DNA from: Candidatus Thorarchaeota archaeon
GTDB lineage: Archaea > Asgardarchaeota > Thorarchaeia > Thorarchaeales > Thorarchaeaceae
Assembly: GCA_038893995.1 (NCBI GenBank)
Contig: JAWAQK010000011.1
Span: 33,199-54,849 of the forward strand
Direction: 5' to 3'
Length of the DNA stretch: 21,651 nt
The notes under the pieces were generated by a model. The model was not told where the DNA came from and did not search any database. It saw only the letters and a program-made list of their open reading frames with translations. Positions 18,096 to 21,651 of the stretch are shown here, one piece after another. Made by a program: the position numbers and the translations under genes. Within the stretch, counting starts at the first letter, position 1. Every line of letters starts with the position of its first letter.

Positions 18096-18162
18096 TCAGA
18101 GAACAAAATAGGCAATTGCGTGGTTAGGAGGGGGAGATACGATACACTCTGAAACCATGCCC
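18096..18162 (-). ncRNA. Candidate small structured RNA (or 20-aa leaderless micro-ORF)
   Basis: AACGCTTAATAG (BRE/TATA-like, 18197-18186) sits at archaeal spacing from a GGGCA/UGGUU...AACCA/UGCCU closing stem, followed by a U-rich tract. Confidence 0.3.
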
Positions 18163-18284
18163 AAGTTTGCAGCGAGATGTGTAATCTATTAAGCGTTATC
18201 TTGTGTGCCATCTACCTCAACATGTAAGATGAGAACTAGAAATACCACTGAGCGAGTGGAATCGGGATCAGTAGTCGATGGTAC

Positions 18285-18644
18285 TCAATAGCCCCACTCT
18301 TGGCCCAGACGCTGTCTGTACCATCGTTGACCTCGTTTGGTCAGCGTGTAGGCGCCCTGCATCTCTTCCACGAAACCCATGCCGATCATCGACTGAAGGA
18401 CGCCGTAGAGGTTCTCCTCAGATGCATCTGTCACTTCCCTCAGGTGTGAGAAGGAAGACTTTCCTTCTCTCTTGAGTATCTGTGCCACTTCGAACTTTCC
18501 TACGGCTCTAGTCTCGCGACGCTGGATTACGTGTCCGCAGCTCGTACACAGCAGGTCACCCTTGAGGTCGTCGCGGGCTACCTCTCTGCTCCCACACATG
18601 GGACAGATGGAATTTGCGAATCTCAGTGCTCGTCTGTGTGACAT
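18285..18644 (-). CDS. TFIIB/TFB-type zinc ribbon fused to a winged-helix domain
   Basis: CPMCGSREVARDDLKGDLLCTSCGHVI matches the TFB ribbon pattern. It is followed by VAQILKREGKSSFSHLREVT...LYGVLQSMIGMGFVE...YTLTKRG. TTTTATCA lies about 30 nt upstream. Confidence 0.82.
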   Translation of the reverse strand: MSHRRALRFANSICPMCGSREVARDDLKGDLLCTSCGHVIQRRETRAVGKFEVAQILKREGKSSFSHLREVTDASEENLYGVLQSMIGMGFVEEMQGAYTLTKRGQRWYRQRLGQEWGY

Positions 18645-18699
18645 CTCAGAGAAGCGGTGACTGATGACGCTGATAAAATTAGCGAAACCTCCAGACTGC

Positions 18700-19209
18700 T
18701 CAGACGGGGTTCTCCTCTAACTCCCTGAGTGTCCGGTCGAGATCGATTCCAGCGCTAGCCCGAAAACCCGGTCGGACTCGGTTAGTGGAACGATCAAACT
18801 CTACGTACCCCCGTGAGGCCAGGTCGCGGATGTCTTCGAGAACGCTCCTCAGGCTCTTCTTTCTGAGTTGCCTAACCTCGTCCAAGGAGACCCAGTCTCC
18901 GTCACGATAGGTCAGCGATATCACAATGAGGAGTGTGGCGGCAAGACGATCCGGTAAGGTGCCTCGAACATCACTACCGGAAACAGTACGAGCCAGATCC
19001 ACATAGAACACGTCGTAGGCAGGGTTGAATCGTATGCACAGACCAAGGGGCCGAAGCTGGTAGTGTAGCCCAGCAAGCCTGCGGAACAGCAGCCCGCGGC
19101 CAATGTCACCGTGGAGTCCAAGAGCCTCCAGCATCTCGGCGACTCCGGACCCCATCGGGGCACCAGGACGCGTGAGTAGCTCCATCAGGATGGCGTATTC
19201 GTTCATCAT
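18700..19209 (-). CDS. KITE-type tandem winged-helix protein (Nse1/Nse3/MAGE-like), probable SMC complex subunit
   Basis: Two WH-like halves: LHYQLRPLGLCIRFNPAYDVFYV, and AATLLIVISL...DLASRGYVEF...RPGFRASAGIDL. Lies downstream of the smc and kleisin genes. Confidence 0.65.
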   Translation of the reverse strand: MMNEYAILMELLTRPGAPMGSGVAEMLEALGLHGDIGRGLLFRRLAGLHYQLRPLGLCIRFNPAYDVFYVDLARTVSGSDVRGTLPDRLAATLLIVISLTYRDGDWVSLDEVRQLRKKSLRSVLEDIRDLASRGYVEFDRSTNRVRPGFRASAGIDLDRTLRELEENPV

Positions 19210-19285
19210 GTTGTGCTCCTTGCTCTGGCAGACACTGGGTCGTGCAGTGCGACTACACGGTGTGAACCGTGATCATGGTCTCGTG

Positions 19286-19293
19286 TTATATAG
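19286..19293 (-). promoter_or_regulatory. TATA box (CTATATAA) between the kleisin and KITE genes
   Basis: Near-consensus archaeal TATA in a 167-nt intergenic gap, about 80 nt upstream of ATG 19209. Confidence 0.45.
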
Positions 19294-19376
19294 TCTACCA
19301 GGACAGACGTGCACGATGAATCATAGACGATATTCCAGAGACCAGGAGAGCAACCGTCTGTGGATCAGGTGGTGAT

Positions 19377-20018
19377 TCAGTCCCTGATGAGCACTCTTAG
19401 CTCAGGATCGTAGGTCAGTTCCCCTCTTGATATGAGGATGAGAACATATAGAAAACTGCGCAGGTACTTGTCAAAGTCGTCCGATGTGATCAGACTGTCG
19501 AGAGGAACGGGTATGCCCCTGGGAATAGTGACGAGAAAATCCTCGAGGTCAGTGAGCATCACAGAGGAGTCCGACTGGAGTGGAAATTCAGCCAGGACGG
19601 GGGTCTCGTCTGGCTCAGCTACCGGGGGATGTGGAGGGATCTTCCGTGCCTCAAGCAGGAGTGTCAGGTGGCGGTAGGCTGAACTCATCCGGACCGGATC
19701 CAGGGCTTGAAACTCGAGAGGCCGCGTCAGGTAGACGTGTCGGGCAAGCTCTTGCGTGCTCATCCCCCTCAACCTGTCTGCAACGAGTCCAGGAGTCTCA
19801 AGAAGTCGGACCAGCTCCTGAACTCTTGTGACCTTGCGATGCAGAATCTCGTTCAGTAATTCGTCAAGGTCTAGCTTCATCTTCAGATCCATTGCCATTG
19901 ACCGAAGTGCTCTATAAGATTCGGTCAGTCTGTACTCGAGAGGGTCTGCACGTCCTTCCCTTATGGAGTCAGCCATGTCGAGGACTCTACGTGCAAATTC
20001 CGTCATTTCCTCGGACAT
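19377..20018 (-). CDS. Kleisin (ScpA/Nse4-like)
   Basis: N-terminal helical domain with DPLEYRL (cf. ScpA DPWDIDI), Pro-rich linker IPPHPPVAEPDETP, and C-terminal WH VPLDSLITSDDFDKYLRSFLYVLILISRGEL. The ATG directly follows the smc TAG, with GGAGG upstream. Confidence 0.8.
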   Translation of the reverse strand: MSEEMTEFARRVLDMADSIREGRADPLEYRLTESYRALRSMAMDLKMKLDLDELLNEILHRKVTRVQELVRLLETPGLVADRLRGMSTQELARHVYLTRPLEFQALDPVRMSSAYRHLTLLLEARKIPPHPPVAEPDETPVLAEFPLQSDSSVMLTDLEDFLVTIPRGIPVPLDSLITSDDFDKYLRSFLYVLILISRGELTYDPELRVLIRD

Positions 20019-21651
20019 CTATGTCGCCTCCTGCTGGGAAGAGGTGAAAGTCGGACTCTCTATGATCACCGAAGGTTCGATTCCTCTTGGAGAGACCACG
20101 CCAATTCGTCTGTCTGCCTGTCGAAGCAGATGGAGGCTCTTGGCGGGAGTAAACACAATGAACTGGCTGCGGCGAGAACAGTCATGTAGCAGTACACTCA
20201 CGAGTTCCGTATTCTTTGCATCGAGGAAGATATCGATCTCATCTAGTAGATAGACGGGAGCGGGATTCATCCTCTGGAGTGCGAGGATGAGTCCGATAGC
20301 AACCAATGACCTCTCGCCCCCTGACACTCCACTCACTCCGACCGTGTCCTCACCTCTGATCCAGGTCCTGAATTCGATGCCGTATTCTCCACCCCTCTCG
20401 GTCAGTTCAAGCCGGACCTTCAGGGGAAACCTCACAACGCTGAGTACTGAGTTGATCTCGTCCTCTGCCCTGGAGAGTTTCTCCGTCATCTTGGAAACGT
20501 ACTTCTCTCTCAGGTCTGCAATCGTGGTCTCGGCCTCAGCGATCTCCTGTCTGACTCGTGACATCACATCTGCGAGTTCGCCCAGTCTGGTCCTGAGCTG
20601 TAAGTCCTTCTGGGCGATACTCTCGTTGACATCCTCATACTCACCAAGCAACTGGAGGACTGCTGCGAGATCTCCTCGGACCGTAGAAACCGACCTCACT
20701 TGCTGGGGACGCTCTGATTTGCCGAGCTCCTTCATCAGACTGTCTTTCTCAGCCGCTGCAGCCTTCAGTCGCTGAATTGTTCCCTCGAGAATGTGTCGTT
20801 TGTCCTCCTCAATCATGTAGAGCTCGGTCCGCCTCTTAGTCAGAGACTCAAGCTGCGCCCGGACCTGCTGAGCATCTGAACTGAGACTCGCCGCCGTGTC
20901 GCGGGCCCGCTCCATTTCGTGTTCAAGCACGTCGATCTCTCTCATCAGTGAGGCAGTCTCTGTTTCTGCCTCTGAGAGCGTGTTTGTCAGATCCTGCTCC
21001 CTCTGATGCATCAGGTTCAGCGCCGCCTCAAGCTCATTGATGCGGACCCTGACCGACGAGGCCTCATCGTCCAGATGTCGGAGTCCGGCATCAACATTGT
21101 CGATCTCAGAGAGGAGGCGTCTGTGTCTGTCACGTAGAGCGGAACGCGCGCCAATCAGGCGGCTCCGTTCAGGGGGCTGCTTGGAATCGAGGGACCTCAG
21201 ATGACGTTCTGATTCCTCTCTCTCCTTCGCGAGTTCATCAATCCTTGACTTGAGCTCACTGACATGCCGAGTTGACTCAGCAACTGACTCCTGAAGCCTG
21301 TTGCGTCGTTCCCAGAGGTCGCTGTTGTCGAGCTGGGAAAGGATAGTCTGAGTATCCTCCAGTTCCCTGGTCACCTGCGACTTCTGTGACTCGGCCTCTG
21401 CCACATCTCTTAGGAGATGGCTCATACGCTGCTCGATCTCTTCGAGCCGACGATGGAGCGGTGCGGTCGATACCAGACCCGTCTGCTCTCTAGGGGGATA
21501 GCTTATGGTGCTGCTCGGTCCGTGGACGAGCACATTGCCACCAGCGGTGACCACCGTGAGTGAGCCCTGGGGGACCAAGTTCATCGCGGCCCTGTTGCTA
21601 TCCACAAGCAGTACCTCACCAAGTGCACCTCTCAGTAGTTCTCTGACAGAC
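20019..21651 (-). CDS. smc: SMC-family ATPase, C-terminal half (5' end outside window), with SMC5/6-like motifs
   Basis: Frame is open to the window edge (SVRELLRGALGEVLLVDSNRAA..., hinge-like). About 330 aa of coiled coil precede VSGGERS, PAPVYLLDEIDIFLD and SQFIVFTPAK. The ORF-track start at 21605 is internal. Confidence 0.92.
   Translation of the reverse strand, partial: SVRELLRGALGEVLLVDSNRAAMNLVPQGSLTVVTAGGNVLVHGPSSTISYPPREQTGLVSTAPLHRRLEEIEQRMSHLLRDVAEAESQKSQVTRELEDTQTILSQLDNSDLWERRNRLQESVAESTRHVSELKSRIDELAKEREESERHLRSLDSKQPPERSRLIGARSALRDRHRRLLSEIDNVDAGLRHLDDEASSVRVRINELEAALNLMHQREQDLTNTLSEAETETASLMREIDVLEHEMERARDTAASLSSDAQQVRAQLESLTKRRTELYMIEEDKRHILEGTIQRLKAAAAEKDSLMKELGKSERPQQVRSVSTVRGDLAAVLQLLGEYEDVNESIAQKDLQLRTRLGELADVMSRVRQEIAEAETTIADLREKYVSKMTEKLSRAEDEINSVLSVVRFPLKVRLELTERGGEYGIEFRTWIRGEDTVGVSGVSGGERSLVAIGLILALQRMNPAPVYLLDEIDIFLDAKNTELVSVLLHDCSRRSQFIVFTPAKSLHLLRQADRRIGVVSPRGIEPSVIIESPTFTSSQQEAT

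Noticed and set aside
18285-18644. Canonical transcription factor TFB
   Set aside because: Only 119 aa, with no B-reader or cyclin repeats; the C-terminus is a winged helix.
2068-20775. Numerous 60-210-aa ORFs overlapping the called genes (e.g. 7311..7940, 9584..10120, 10824..11291, 20287..20775)
   Set aside because: They overlap well-supported genes, mostly antisense, and show no recognisable motifs.
18700-21651. Wadjet (JetABCD)/MksBEFG or Rad50-Mre11 system
   Set aside because: No Toprim or Mre11 nuclease is visible, there is a globular hinge rather than a Zn hook, the kleisin is short and ScpA-like, and the order is smc-kleisin-KITE. Caveat: upstream genes are outside the window.
1-21651. 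CRISPR arrays, tRNA/rRNA genes, IS elements, proviral genes
   Set aside because: No regularly spaced repeats, cloverleaf motifs, transposase/integrase motifs or terminal inverted repeats were seen by eye. tRNAscan and Infernal were not run.

Overview
Gene-dense archaeal chromosome segment, most likely from an Asgard archaeon (Thorarchaeia-like). This is inferred from gene content: ZPR1, DUF2070, a TFB-type Zn ribbon, a longin-domain protein, GGAGG/GGTGA SD sites and TATA-like boxes. Left to right: a secreted M28 peptidase (partial, missing from the ORF track); a SAMHD1-type HD-fold protein lacking its metal-binding residues; a 762-aa protein with eight Zn-ribbon repeats fused to a probable COP/adaptin appendage domain; ubiX; DUF2070; PadR plus a heterodimeric ABC exporter; an 8-TM protein; a longin + winged-helix protein with NPRL2-like architecture; ZPR1; a K+-independent membrane pyrophosphatase; a candidate small RNA; a TFIIB-Zn-ribbon/winged-helix fusion; and a KITE-kleisin-SMC cluster. 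The best candidate system is that cluster: its SMC head motifs (SGGERS, DEIDIFLD, QFIVFTP) and KITE subunit look SMC5/6-like rather than canonical Smc-ScpAB. No rRNA, tRNA, CRISPR array or mobile element was seen. All family calls come from motif recognition by eye and recalled reference sequences, not database searches.
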